Assembly (NCBI GenBank): GCA_913020725.1
Contig: CAJWCD010000086.1
Span: 1 to 16,001, forward strand
Source of the DNA: an uncultured Pseudomonadota bacterium
GTDB lineage: Bacteria > SAR324 > NAC60-12
Length of the DNA: 16,001 nt
Direction: 5' to 3'
Under the pieces are notes generated by a model. It did not search any database, was not told where the DNA came from, and saw only the letters and a list, made by a program, of their open reading frames with translations. A program made the position numbers and the translations under genes. Of this stretch, positions 8,115 to 15,986 are shown one piece after another. Position 1 is the stretch's first letter. Each line of letters begins with the position of its first letter.

Positions 8115-8399
8115 GAAATTCAAGGAAAAGGCACTCTCCGATCCAGAAGTCAGAGCCGAGTCGAGGCGCTGGAACCCGAGTTCGCGCTCTTTGACGAACT
8201 GCTCAGGGCACGGAAGCGGGCGGGATTGACGCAGGCGAAAATCGCCGAGCGCATGGACACCAAGCCTCCGGCGGTGGCACGACTGGAATCCGGGGGCGGC
8301 AGTGCCCGCCATTCTCCTTCGGTGGCGACGCTGCGACGTTAGGCACAGGCGGTCGGGTGCAATTTTGAAATCCGGCTGGTGGCGCAAGAATCCCATTGA
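8101..8399 (+). pseudogene. Disrupted XRE-family HTH antitoxin (HigA-like)
   Basis: AAGGAGG RBS before ATG 8101. Manual translation: MLTSEKFKEKALSDPEVRAE / EALEPEFALFDELLRARKRAGLTQAKIAERMDTKPPAVARLESGGGSARHSPSVATLRR*AQAVGCNFEIRLVAQESH*. One-nt deletion near 8161-8162 and TAG at 8340-8342. Overlaps the toxin's 3' end. Confidence 0.88.
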
Positions 8400-8428
8400 C
8401 GGCCTAATCTGTAAAAATAGAGAATCGT

Positions 8429-9235
8429 ATGTCAAAACTTTTGAGTCGCCACAGCACTCCGGACGATTCCGGGAAGACGCAGCACATCACCCCCGCCTCG
8501 GCAGGCTGGAAGCACGTTGGCTTTGAAGTCTATCACCTGCAATCCGGACAGTCGCTTTCCCAACAGTCCGGAGAGCAGGAGGTGTGTTTGGTGCTAATGT
8601 CCGGCAAGGCCGATGTCACGACACGAAACCAGTCGTGGAGCAACTTGGGCGAGCGCATGAGTGTGTTTGAGGACAAAGCAGCATACGCGGTTTATGTCTC
8701 AAACAGTGACGAGTACACCGTGACGGCAACCACCGCTTTGGAATTAGCGATCTGTCGCGCTCCCGGATTTGGCAATCACGCAGCCCGTCTGCTTCATCCG
8801 GAAACGATGAGCCGCGAAACTCGCGGGACGGGAACCAACACCCGCCATGTCTGCAACATCCTTCCGGAAACCGCAGCGGCAGACAGCTTGCTGGTGGTTG
8901 AGGTGATCACACCAAACGGCAACTGGTCCAGCTATCCCCCGCACAAACACGATGCGGACAACCTTCCGGAAGAATCCTTTTTGGAAGAAACCTACTACCA
9001 CCGCCTCAATCCACCGCAGGGCTTCGCCTTCCAGCGGGTGTACACGGATGATGGTTCACTGGACGAAACCATGTCTGTCCACGATGGTGATGTGGTGATG
9101 GTGCCTCGTGGCTATCATCCGGTGGGGGCACCGCACGGCTACGACTTGTACTACCTCAATGTGATGGCCGGACCGAAGCGAGTGTGGCATTTCAAGAATG
9201 CTCCGGAACACGAATGGATCGTGAACCAGCAATAA
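8429..9235 (+). CDS. iolB: 5-deoxy-glucuronate isomerase
   Basis: 'ITPASAGW', 'GNWSSYPPHKHD', 'LEETYYHRLNPPQGF', 'VPRGYHPV' and 'YYLNVMAGP' (KduI/IolB family); iol context. Confidence 0.96.
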   Translation: MSKLLSRHSTPDDSGKTQHITPASAGWKHVGFEVYHLQSGQSLSQQSGEQEVCLVLMSGKADVTTRNQSWSNLGERMSVFEDKAAYAVYVSNSDEYTVTATTALELAICRAPGFGNHAARLLHPETMSRETRGTGTNTRHVCNILPETAAADSLLVVEVITPNGNWSSYPPHKHDADNLPEESFLEETYYHRLNPPQGFAFQRVYTDDGSLDETMSVHDGDVVMVPRGYHPVGAPHGYDLYYLNVMAGPKRVWHFKNAPEHEWIVNQQ

Positions 9236-9270
9236 AATAGCAAAAGCATGACATCACTCAAAAAGAGGAA

Positions 9271-11136
9271 ATGGGAACAGCGCGACTGACCATGGCTCAA
9301 GCCCTGCTGCGTTTTTTGGACGCGCAGTATGTGGAACTCGACGACACGGAACACAAATTCGTGCAAGGGGTGCTGGGCATTTTCGGACACGGCAATGTCA
9401 CGGGTTTGGGCGAAGCCTTGGAGTACGGAGGCACGAGTCTGCGCTTCATCCAGGGCTTCAACGAGCAAGGGCTGGTGCATATCGCCACAGCCTACGCAAA
9501 GCAGAAGAATCGGCTGGGCATCTACGCCTGCACCAGCTCAATCGGCCCTGGGGCGACCAACATGATCACCGGGGCGGCCACGGCGACGGTCAACCGCATT
9601 CCGGTGCTGTTGCTCCCCGGAGACACCTTTGCCTCTCGCCAACCTGATCCAGTGCTTCAGCAGATTGAAACGCCGTGGGATCACACGATCAACGCCAACA
9701 TTGCCTTCAAGTCGGTCAGCCGCTACTGGGATCGCATCGAACGTCCGGAACAGTTGATGATCGCCGGGCTGAACGCGATGCGTGTCTTGACCGATCCAGT
9801 GGAAACTGGCGCAGTCACACTCTGCCTGCCGCAGGACACTCAGGCTGAGGCCTATGACTATCCGGCTTCCTTCTTCGAGAAGCGTGTCTGGCACCTTGAT
9901 CGCCGACCGTTGCCTGCGCGGCAGCTTGCTGAGGCGGTGGGAATTTTGCGAAATGCCAAGCGGCCGCTGATCGTTGCTGGAGGTGGGGTACATTACTCGC
10001 TGGCGGCAGAAACCCTCCAGAAATTCGCAGCGACTTGCGGAATTCCGGTGAGCGAAACTCAGGCTGGTAAGAGCGCGATGAGTTGGAAGGACGCGATGGG
10101 CGTGGGTGGACTGGGTGTCACCGGAACCTCGGCGGCGAACCTGTTGGCCCAAGACGCGGATGTGGTGCTAGCCATCGGTTCGCGTTTGCAGGATTTCACC
10201 ACAGCGTCCAAGCAGGTGTTTGCACCGGATGTGAAACTGCTGCACCTCAACGTCAGCAGCTACGACGGACAAAAACTGGACGGCCTCAGCTTGCAGGCCG
10301 ATGCCAAGCTTGGATTGGAAAGTCTGAGCGTGGCACTTCAGAATACTGGATACCAAACCGAGGCCTCCTACCGCGAGCGCGTGGCCCAGTTGCAAGCCGA
10401 CTGGAACGCCGAGGTGGATCGGCTCTACGCGCTGACCTCCGCAGCGGGCAACGTGCAGACGAACATCGTTGGCACTCTCAACGAATTCATGGCTCCGGAG
10501 GATGTCATTCTTTGTGCAGCGGGTAGCCTGCCGGGAGACTTGCACCGGGTCTGGCGCTCAGAACTCCCAAAGACCTACCACATGGAGTACGGATATTCCT
10601 GCATGGGTTACGAAGTCGCAGGAGCACTGGGTGCAAAGCTGGCGATGGATGAGGGCGAGGTTTATGCGATTGTCGGAGATGGTAGCTACCTGATGCTTCA
10701 CTCTGAAATCCTCACCAGCCTCAAGGAGCGCACCAAGATCACCGTGGTGCTGCTCGACAACTCCGGCTACCAATGCATCAAGAACCTGCAAATGGCACAC
10801 GGCAGTGTCGGTTTCGGCAACGAGTTCCGTTTCCGGGAGACCACAACGGATCGCCTGACCGGAGACATCACCCCCGTGGACTTCAAGAAGTATGCGGAAG
10901 CCCTCGGCGTGAATGCCCTCCACGCCGCCAATGCCGATGAACTCCGGAATGCTTTGGAAGCAGCCAAGCGCGAGCCGACGACCACCTTGATCGAGGTCAA
11001 AGTGCTACCCGGCACCATGAGCGATGGCTACCACGCCTGGTGGCGTGTCGGCATTCCGGAGGTCTCCAACTGTGAGGCGACGGTCAAGTCCAGCGCAGCT
11101 ATGCAGGAGGAAGTCTGCAAGGCGCGGGCGTACTGA
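9271..11136 (+). CDS. iolD: 3D-(3,5/4)-trihydroxycyclohexane-1,2-dione acylhydrolase (ThDP-dependent)
   Basis: 'RLTMAQAL', 'GIFGHGNV', 'TSSIGPGATNM', 'PDPVLQQIE', 'YHMEYGYSCMGYE' and the ThDP motif 'GDGSYLM...LDNSGY'. GAGG precedes the start. Confidence 0.96.
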   Translation: MGTARLTMAQALLRFLDAQYVELDDTEHKFVQGVLGIFGHGNVTGLGEALEYGGTSLRFIQGFNEQGLVHIATAYAKQKNRLGIYACTSSIGPGATNMITGAATATVNRIPVLLLPGDTFASRQPDPVLQQIETPWDHTINANIAFKSVSRYWDRIERPEQLMIAGLNAMRVLTDPVETGAVTLCLPQDTQAEAYDYPASFFEKRVWHLDRRPLPARQLAEAVGILRNAKRPLIVAGGGVHYSLAAETLQKFAATCGIPVSETQAGKSAMSWKDAMGVGGLGVTGTSAANLLAQDADVVLAIGSRLQDFTTASKQVFAPDVKLLHLNVSSYDGQKLDGLSLQADAKLGLESLSVALQNTGYQTEASYRERVAQLQADWNAEVDRLYALTSAAGNVQTNIVGTLNEFMAPEDVILCAAGSLPGDLHRVWRSELPKTYHMEYGYSCMGYEVAGALGAKLAMDEGEVYAIVGDGSYLMLHSEILTSLKERTKITVVLLDNSGYQCIKNLQMAHGSVGFGNEFRFRETTTDRLTGDITPVDFKKYAEALGVNALHAANADELRNALEAAKREPTTTLIEVKVLPGTMSDGYHAWWRVGIPEVSNCEATVKSSAAMQEEVCKARAY

Positions 11137-11145
11137 AGATGAAAG

Positions 11146-11350
11146 TCAGGCGGTGAGGGGTTGGATCCCCTCAAGCTCTTCTTGCAACTCCAAGCGGGTC
11201 TTACGCTATCCGCAAGTCCTTCAGCGATGCAGAGACGTCAAGCATCTCCAGCTTGTCCAAGACACGTTGCTGAATCGAAGGCGGAAACTTGCGGGAAAAT
11301 CGACCTTCCCAAATTTTTGCGATTTCTTTGCAGCTAAAGCTTTGGATCCT
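11146..11350 (-). pseudogene. Collapsed higBA remnant: HigB toxin N-terminal half joined to a probable HigA C-terminal tail
   Basis: Minus strand 11350-11201 reads (AGG)IQSFSCKEIAKIWEGRFSRKFPPSIQQRVLDKLEMLDVSASLKDLRIA*, matching the HigB 'MIxSF..K....w.g...rk.P..iq.....KL..L......DLR' pattern, with AGG where ATG is expected. In another frame, 11205-11146 reads RKTRLELQEELEGIQPLTA*, resembling HigA/VapI C-termini (weaker call). Confidence 0.75.
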
Positions 11351-11430
11351 GGGAGGTTAGCATCTTCAGGATGCAGTACTATCTAAACACTAGACTAAAC
11401 TCAAAAAACTCAACTTGCTTGCTTGGCTTT

Positions 11431-12324
11431 ATGTTCACACCCAACACCATCCAACTCTCGATCGCACCCATCGCTTGGACCAACGATGATCTTCCGGAAC
11501 TTGGTGGGCATGTGCCCTTTGAGCAGTGCATTGACGAAATGGCAACCGCCGGGTTTGCTGGAAGCGAAATCGGCAACAAGTACCCCAAGGATCCGGTGGT
11601 CCTCAAGCCCGCCTTGGAGCAGCGCGGACTGCAAATCTCCTCGGCGTGGTTCAGCACCTTCTTCAGCGAGAACGGGCGTAAGGATGAGACGGTCAGCGCC
11701 TTCATCGACCAGATGAACTTCCTCAAGGCGATGGGGGCGAAGGTCGTTAATGTCTGCGAGTGCGGACACTGTGTGCAGGGTACGCCGGAGCACGTTTTTG
11801 ATCGCCCCTCGTACACGGACCAGCAGTGGGTGCGCGTTGCGAACGGCCTGAATCGCCTCGGGGGAATTGCCTGCGACAACGGCATGGTCATCGCCTACCA
11901 CTACCACATGGGTACGATGGTGCAGAGCGCCGCAGAAACGGACCGGATCATGGGCATGACCGACCCGGACATGGTGCATCTGCTCGTTGATACCGGACAC
12001 GCCCACTATGCCGGAAACGACCCGCTGGCTCTCGTCAAGCAATACGGCCCGCGCATCCGCAACGTCCACCTCAAGGACATCCGGCAGGAGGTGCTGGATG
12101 TGGTGCATTCGCAGAAAATGAATTTCCTCGACTCGGTGAAGGCGGGGGTGTTCACGGTTCCGGGAGACGGCTGCATCGACTTCGATCGGATCTTCCAGGC
12201 GCTGGCCGACGCGGGCTACCAGGGCTGGTTTGTTGTGGAAGCCGAACAAGATCCGGACAAGGCCAATCCGCTGGACTATGCAAAGATGGCCCGGACCTTC
12301 ATTCGTGAACATGCGGGGATCTGA
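11431..12324 (+). CDS. iolE: myo-inosose-2 dehydratase
   Basis: 'IAPIAWTNDDLPELGG', 'GSEIGNKYP', 'YHYHMGT', 'LLVDTGH', 'VHLKDIR', 'FTVPGDG' and 'VVEAEQDP'. ATG 11431 chosen over 11371 because recognisable similarity begins just after it. Confidence 0.95.
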   Translation: MFTPNTIQLSIAPIAWTNDDLPELGGHVPFEQCIDEMATAGFAGSEIGNKYPKDPVVLKPALEQRGLQISSAWFSTFFSENGRKDETVSAFIDQMNFLKAMGAKVVNVCECGHCVQGTPEHVFDRPSYTDQQWVRVANGLNRLGGIACDNGMVIAYHYHMGTMVQSAAETDRIMGMTDPDMVHLLVDTGHAHYAGNDPLALVKQYGPRIRNVHLKDIRQEVLDVVHSQKMNFLDSVKAGVFTVPGDGCIDFDRIFQALADAGYQGWFVVEAEQDPDKANPLDYAKMARTFIREHAGI

Positions 12325-13496
12325 TGCGGAACCGATTCAGCAACAAGCCTTTACTGCGCTACGGCATGGTCGGCGGTGGCGCGACCAGCCAGATCGGCGA
12401 CAGCCACCGCATCGCCCTGCGCTGGGACAGCTACTATGACCTCGTGGCCGGAGCCTTTGACGTGGACGCGGAGCGCGGGCGGCAGTTCGGTGCATCCCTC
12501 GGCTTGGCTTCCGACCGTTGCTATGCGGATTACCAACAGATGGTAGCGGCAGAATCCGCCCGTGAGGACGGCATTGACGTGGTGGGCGTGATGACCCCGA
12601 ACAGCACCCACTACGCGATCGCCAAGGCGTTCATCGAGGCAGGATTCAACCTCATTCTGGAAAAGCCGATCACCACGACCACTGAAGATGCACTCGACCT
12701 GATCCGGCTGGCTCGGGAGAAGGACGTGCTCTGCGCCTCGATGTACGGCTACAGCGGCTACCCGATGGTGCGGCAGGCGCGGGCGCTGGTGGCCAACGGC
12801 GATCTCGGAGAGATCACCGTGGTCCAGACCGAGTTCGCCCACGGCAACTACGCCACCGCCGTCGAGCAGCACAGCGAAGGTGCCGCGTGGCGCAACGATC
12901 CCAAAACCTCTGGAGGCACCTTTGTGCTGGGTGACGTGGGCACCCACGCCCTGCATCTGGCGACGTTCATCACCGGACAGCAGGTTCGCGAACTCTCCAC
13001 CGACCGCCAGAGCTTCGTTTCCGGACGGGTGCTGGAGGACAACGCGCATGTGCTGCTGCGTTTTGAAAAGGGCGCGGCGGGCTTCCTTTGGGCCAGTGGC
13101 GTGGCGGTTGGACACCGGCATGGACTGGCCATCCGGGTTTACGGCACCAAGGCCGGAATTGCATGGGATCAGGAACACCCGAACCAACTGCACTACGCTC
13201 CCTTGGGACAGACCCCACGCACCCTGGAATTGGACTCCCCGGAACTCCTGCCTCCCGCCCAGCGCGTGTTGCGGGTGATGCCCGGCCATCCGGAAGGCTA
13301 CTTCGAGGCGTTCGTCAACGTCTATTCGGACTTCGCGGAGAGCCTCCTCGCCAAGCGTTCCGGAGCCGCCCCCGATCTGTTGTGCCTCGATTATCCCACG
13401 CTGGAGGACGGAGCGCACGGGGTCAAGTTCCTCGAAGCGTGTGTGGAGTCTGCCAATTACAACGGGCGCTGGTGCAGTGCCGAACTGGCATTGTAG
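12324..13496 (+). CDS. Gfo/Idh/MocA-family NAD(P)-dependent oxidoreductase, probable inositol/cyclitol dehydrogenase
   Basis: Rossmann start 'YGMVGGGATSQIG', 'TPNSTH', 'LEKP', catalytic 'DVGTH', and 'GHPEGY'. TGATG coupling to iolE. Confidence 0.88.
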   Translation: MRNRFSNKPLLRYGMVGGGATSQIGDSHRIALRWDSYYDLVAGAFDVDAERGRQFGASLGLASDRCYADYQQMVAAESAREDGIDVVGVMTPNSTHYAIAKAFIEAGFNLILEKPITTTTEDALDLIRLAREKDVLCASMYGYSGYPMVRQARALVANGDLGEITVVQTEFAHGNYATAVEQHSEGAAWRNDPKTSGGTFVLGDVGTHALHLATFITGQQVRELSTDRQSFVSGRVLEDNAHVLLRFEKGAAGFLWASGVAVGHRHGLAIRVYGTKAGIAWDQEHPNQLHYAPLGQTPRTLELDSPELLPPAQRVLRVMPGHPEGYFEAFVNVYSDFAESLLAKRSGAAPDLLCLDYPTLEDGAHGVKFLEACVESANYNGRWCSAELAL

Positions 13497-13513
13497 GGCA
13501 TCTTGAAATTAAG

Positions 13514-13544
13514 TTGAAATTGTACACAGATAGGTGTACGATTT
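13514..13544 (+). promoter_or_regulatory. hicAB promoter with overlapping inverted-repeat operator
   Basis: TTGAAA (13514-13519), 17 nt, TACGAT (13537-13542). The palindrome AAAT(T)GTACAC-N6-GTGTAC(G)ATTT (13517-13544) spans the spacer and -10. Predicted +1 falls at or next to the hicA ATG. Confidence 0.7.
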
Positions 13545-13547
13545 GCC

Positions 13548-13724
13548 ATGAAACGACGCGAACTCGAGCAAGCCCTTCGTAAACTTGGCTGGGAGTTCCT
13601 ACGCCACGGTGGTAGACATGATGTATGGACCGATGGCGAGCGTCAGGAAGCGATACCGCGCCATTCGGAGATCAGCGAGAGGTTGGCAAAGGCGATTCTG
13701 CGACGAGCGAAAAGGAAAAACTAG
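13548..13724 (+). CDS. hicA: HicA-family toxin (mRNA interferase), 58 aa; absent from the ORF track
   Basis: MKRRELEQALRKLGWEFLRHGGRHDVWTDGERQEAIPRHSEISERLAKAILRRAKRKN*: basic, with 'L...GW...R.GG.H' carrying the catalytic His and 'iPrH.ei...la..Il'. Confidence 0.92.
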   Translation: MKRRELEQALRKLGWEFLRHGGRHDVWTDGERQEAIPRHSEISERLAKAILRRAKRKN

Positions 13725-13726
13725 CG

Positions 13727-14146
13727 ATGCGATTTTCAGGAAAGGTGTACAAGGAGGGCAAATTTTGGCTGGCGGAAATTCCTGTGCTGGACTTGATGAC
13801 CCAGGGCCACACCCGCAAGGAAGCCTTCGTGATGGTTTCGGACTTGCTTGAAACCTTGGTGAATCGTCCCGAGTTTTCGGTGCGGGTTCATCCAGACAGG
13901 CACGGAAATTTTGAAGTCAGTTCATCTGACGCCCGAAGCCTGATCTCGCTTCTACTAAGACGGCAACGGGAGCAGAGCGGTTTATCGCTGGCAGAAGCCG
14001 CCGAACGTTTAGGGGCCAAGTCGCGCAATGCCTATGCTCGCTACGAGCAGGGGAGGTCGATTCCAAGCGTGGAAAAACTCTCCGAATTGCTCCGGGCGGT
14101 GTCTTCCGGTAGAGATTTCATCCTTCAGCAGAGCGCAGTCAGCTAA
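13727..14146 (+). CDS. hicB: HicB-family antitoxin with C-terminal XRE HTH, 139 aa
   Basis: N-domain 'KEGKFWLAEIPVLDLMTQGHTRKEA' fits the HicB 'w.a..P.l...tqG.t.eEA' pattern. C-domain 'RRQREQSGLSLAEAAERLG...YARYEQGRSIPSVEKL' is an HTH_XRE. Starts 2 nt after the hicA stop, with AAGGA upstream. Confidence 0.9.
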   Translation: MRFSGKVYKEGKFWLAEIPVLDLMTQGHTRKEAFVMVSDLLETLVNRPEFSVRVHPDRHGNFEVSSSDARSLISLLLRRQREQSGLSLAEAAERLGAKSRNAYARYEQGRSIPSVEKLSELLRAVSSGRDFILQQSAVS

Positions 14147-14165
14147 ACCTGATGTTGGAATTCTA

Positions 14166-15899
14166 ATGACACGTCAAAGAAAAACCCCGGAGTCCCTGCG
14201 CAGCCTGCGTTGGTATGGCCCTGACGATCTGCGCTCGTTCGGGCATCGCTCCCGCACCAAGCAGATGGGGCTGCACCGCGACGAGTTCGTCGGCAAGCCG
14301 GTGATTGGCATCATCAACCCCTGGAACGAGATGAACACCTGCCACACGCACTTTCCGCAGCGGGTGCAGGATGTGAAACGTGGCATCTATCAGGTCGGGG
14401 GCTTTCCGGTGGAATTGCCTGCAATGTCGCTTGGCGAGCAGTTGATGAAGCCGACGGCGATGATGTACCGCAATTTCTTGGCGATGGAGGTCGAGGAGCT
14501 TTTGCGGAGCTACCCCATTGACGGCGCGGTGCTGATGGGTGGATGCGACAAAACCACGCCCGGCGTATTAATGGGAGCCATCAGCATGAATTTGCCCTGC
14601 ATCTACGTTCCCGGAGGAGCGATGCTGCGGGGGCATTGGCGGGGGAAAACCTTGGGAAGCGGCACCGATGTTTGGAAATATTGGGATGATCGGCGCTCCG
14701 GTAAGCTGGATGAAAAAAGTTGGTTTGAAATTGAAGACGGCATCGCCCGTTCTCCGGGAACCTGCATGACGATGGGCACGGCAGCCACCATGATGTCCAT
14801 CGCCGAGGCGCTGGGGATGTCGCTTCCGGGTGCCTCATCGATTCCGGCGGTGGACTCCAACCACAACCGCATGGCTTCGCTCAGCGGGCAGCGGGTGGTG
14901 GATCTGGTCTGGGAGGATGTCAAACCTACCGACATCCTCACGGAACAGGCGTTTGAGAATGCGATCATGGTGCTGATGGCCATTGGCGGTTCCACCAACG
15001 GCATCATCCACCTCACCGCCTTGGCACGGCGTGTTGGGGTTGGCTTGGACTTGGAAAGCTTCGACCGCATCTCCCAAGGCATTCCACTGCTGGCGAACAT
15101 CAAGCCCTCCGGCAGTTATGTGATGGAGGATTTTTACTACGCCGGAGGATTGCGGGCACTGATGCAGCAACTGAAGGAGCGGCTGCATTTAGAGGCGTTG
15201 ACGATCAACGGCAGAACCGTCCGGGAAAACCTGGATGGCGCGGAGGTCTTCAATCCGGACGTGATCCGTCTCTTTGACAACCCGGTCAAGCAGGCGGGTG
15301 GCACGGCGGTGTTGCATGGTAGCCTAGCTCCAAACGGTGCCGTGATCAAACCGACTGCCGCCGAGGAACGGCTCTGGAAACATCGTGGCCCAGCGCTTGT
15401 TTTCAAGGACATCCGCGACCTCAAGGCCCGTGTGGACTCCGAGGACTTGGACGTGACGGCGGACTCGGTGCTGGTGCTGCAACACGCCGGGCCGATTGGC
15501 GCTCCTGGAATGCCCGAGTGGGGGCAATTGCCCGTGCCGAAGAAGCTGCTCGACCAAGGAATCCGCGATATCGTCCGTATTTCTGATGCCCGCATGAGCG
15601 GTACGAGCTACGGCGCGTGCATCCTCCATGTCGCTCCGGAAGCCGCGCTGGGCGGCCCCTTAGCACTCGTTCGGGACGGCGATTTGATCGAGTTGGATGT
15701 CGAGGGGCGGCGGTTGGACCTGCTGGTTCCGGAAGCCGAACTGGAGGAGCGGCGCACACAATGGCAACCTCCGAAAGCTAAGGCTCACCGAGGCTACGCG
15801 GCGCTTTACACCCAGCACGTTAATCAGGCGCACGAAGGCTGCGACTTTGATTTCTTGCTGGGCACTCCCGGCGAAACTCCGGAACCGGATATTTTCTGA
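14166..15899 (+). CDS. IlvD/Edd-family [2Fe-2S] sugar-acid dehydratase, L-arabinonate dehydratase-like
   Basis: Cys ligands in 'NTCH', 'GGCDKT' and 'GTCMTMGTA'. Also 'GGSTN', 'GMPEWG', 'ISDARMSGT' and 'LHVAPE'. N-terminus 'LRSLRWYGPDDLRSFGHRSR' is typical of the aldonate dehydratase branch rather than IlvD. ATG 14166 chosen because 14028 lies inside hicB. Substrate not determinable from sequence. Confidence 0.85.
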   Translation: MTRQRKTPESLRSLRWYGPDDLRSFGHRSRTKQMGLHRDEFVGKPVIGIINPWNEMNTCHTHFPQRVQDVKRGIYQVGGFPVELPAMSLGEQLMKPTAMMYRNFLAMEVEELLRSYPIDGAVLMGGCDKTTPGVLMGAISMNLPCIYVPGGAMLRGHWRGKTLGSGTDVWKYWDDRRSGKLDEKSWFEIEDGIARSPGTCMTMGTAATMMSIAEALGMSLPGASSIPAVDSNHNRMASLSGQRVVDLVWEDVKPTDILTEQAFENAIMVLMAIGGSTNGIIHLTALARRVGVGLDLESFDRISQGIPLLANIKPSGSYVMEDFYYAGGLRALMQQLKERLHLEALTINGRTVRENLDGAEVFNPDVIRLFDNPVKQAGGTAVLHGSLAPNGAVIKPTAAEERLWKHRGPALVFKDIRDLKARVDSEDLDVTADSVLVLQHAGPIGAPGMPEWGQLPVPKKLLDQGIRDIVRISDARMSGTSYGACILHVAPEAALGGPLALVRDGDLIELDVEGRRLDLLVPEAELEERRTQWQPPKAKAHRGYAALYTQHVNQAHEGCDFDFLLGTPGETPEPDIF

Positions 15900-15903
15900 A
15901 TCA

Positions 15904-15986
15904 CTGATGTTACGCAGAATACGCGGATTCAACTCGTAAGTGCAACTCCCCGTCTGGTGAAGAGCGGCAAGCTGCGTTAGCATCAG
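15904..15986. repeat. 83-bp segment bounded by imperfect inverted repeats (MITE-like or long hairpin)
   Basis: Left CTGATGTTACGCAG (15904-15917). The reverse complement of the right end (15972-15986) is CTGATGCTAACGCAG. Confidence 0.45.

Noticed and set aside
7817..8526. ORF-track calls 7817-8062, 8064-8435 and 8302-8526
   Set aside because: These are off-frame or antisense readings of the disrupted toxin and antitoxin genes.
7758..14165. TA modules as integron gene cassettes
   Set aside because: No integrase in the window and no convincing attC structure after the modules; the gaps after modules 1 and 3 (29 and 19 nt) are too short to hold one.
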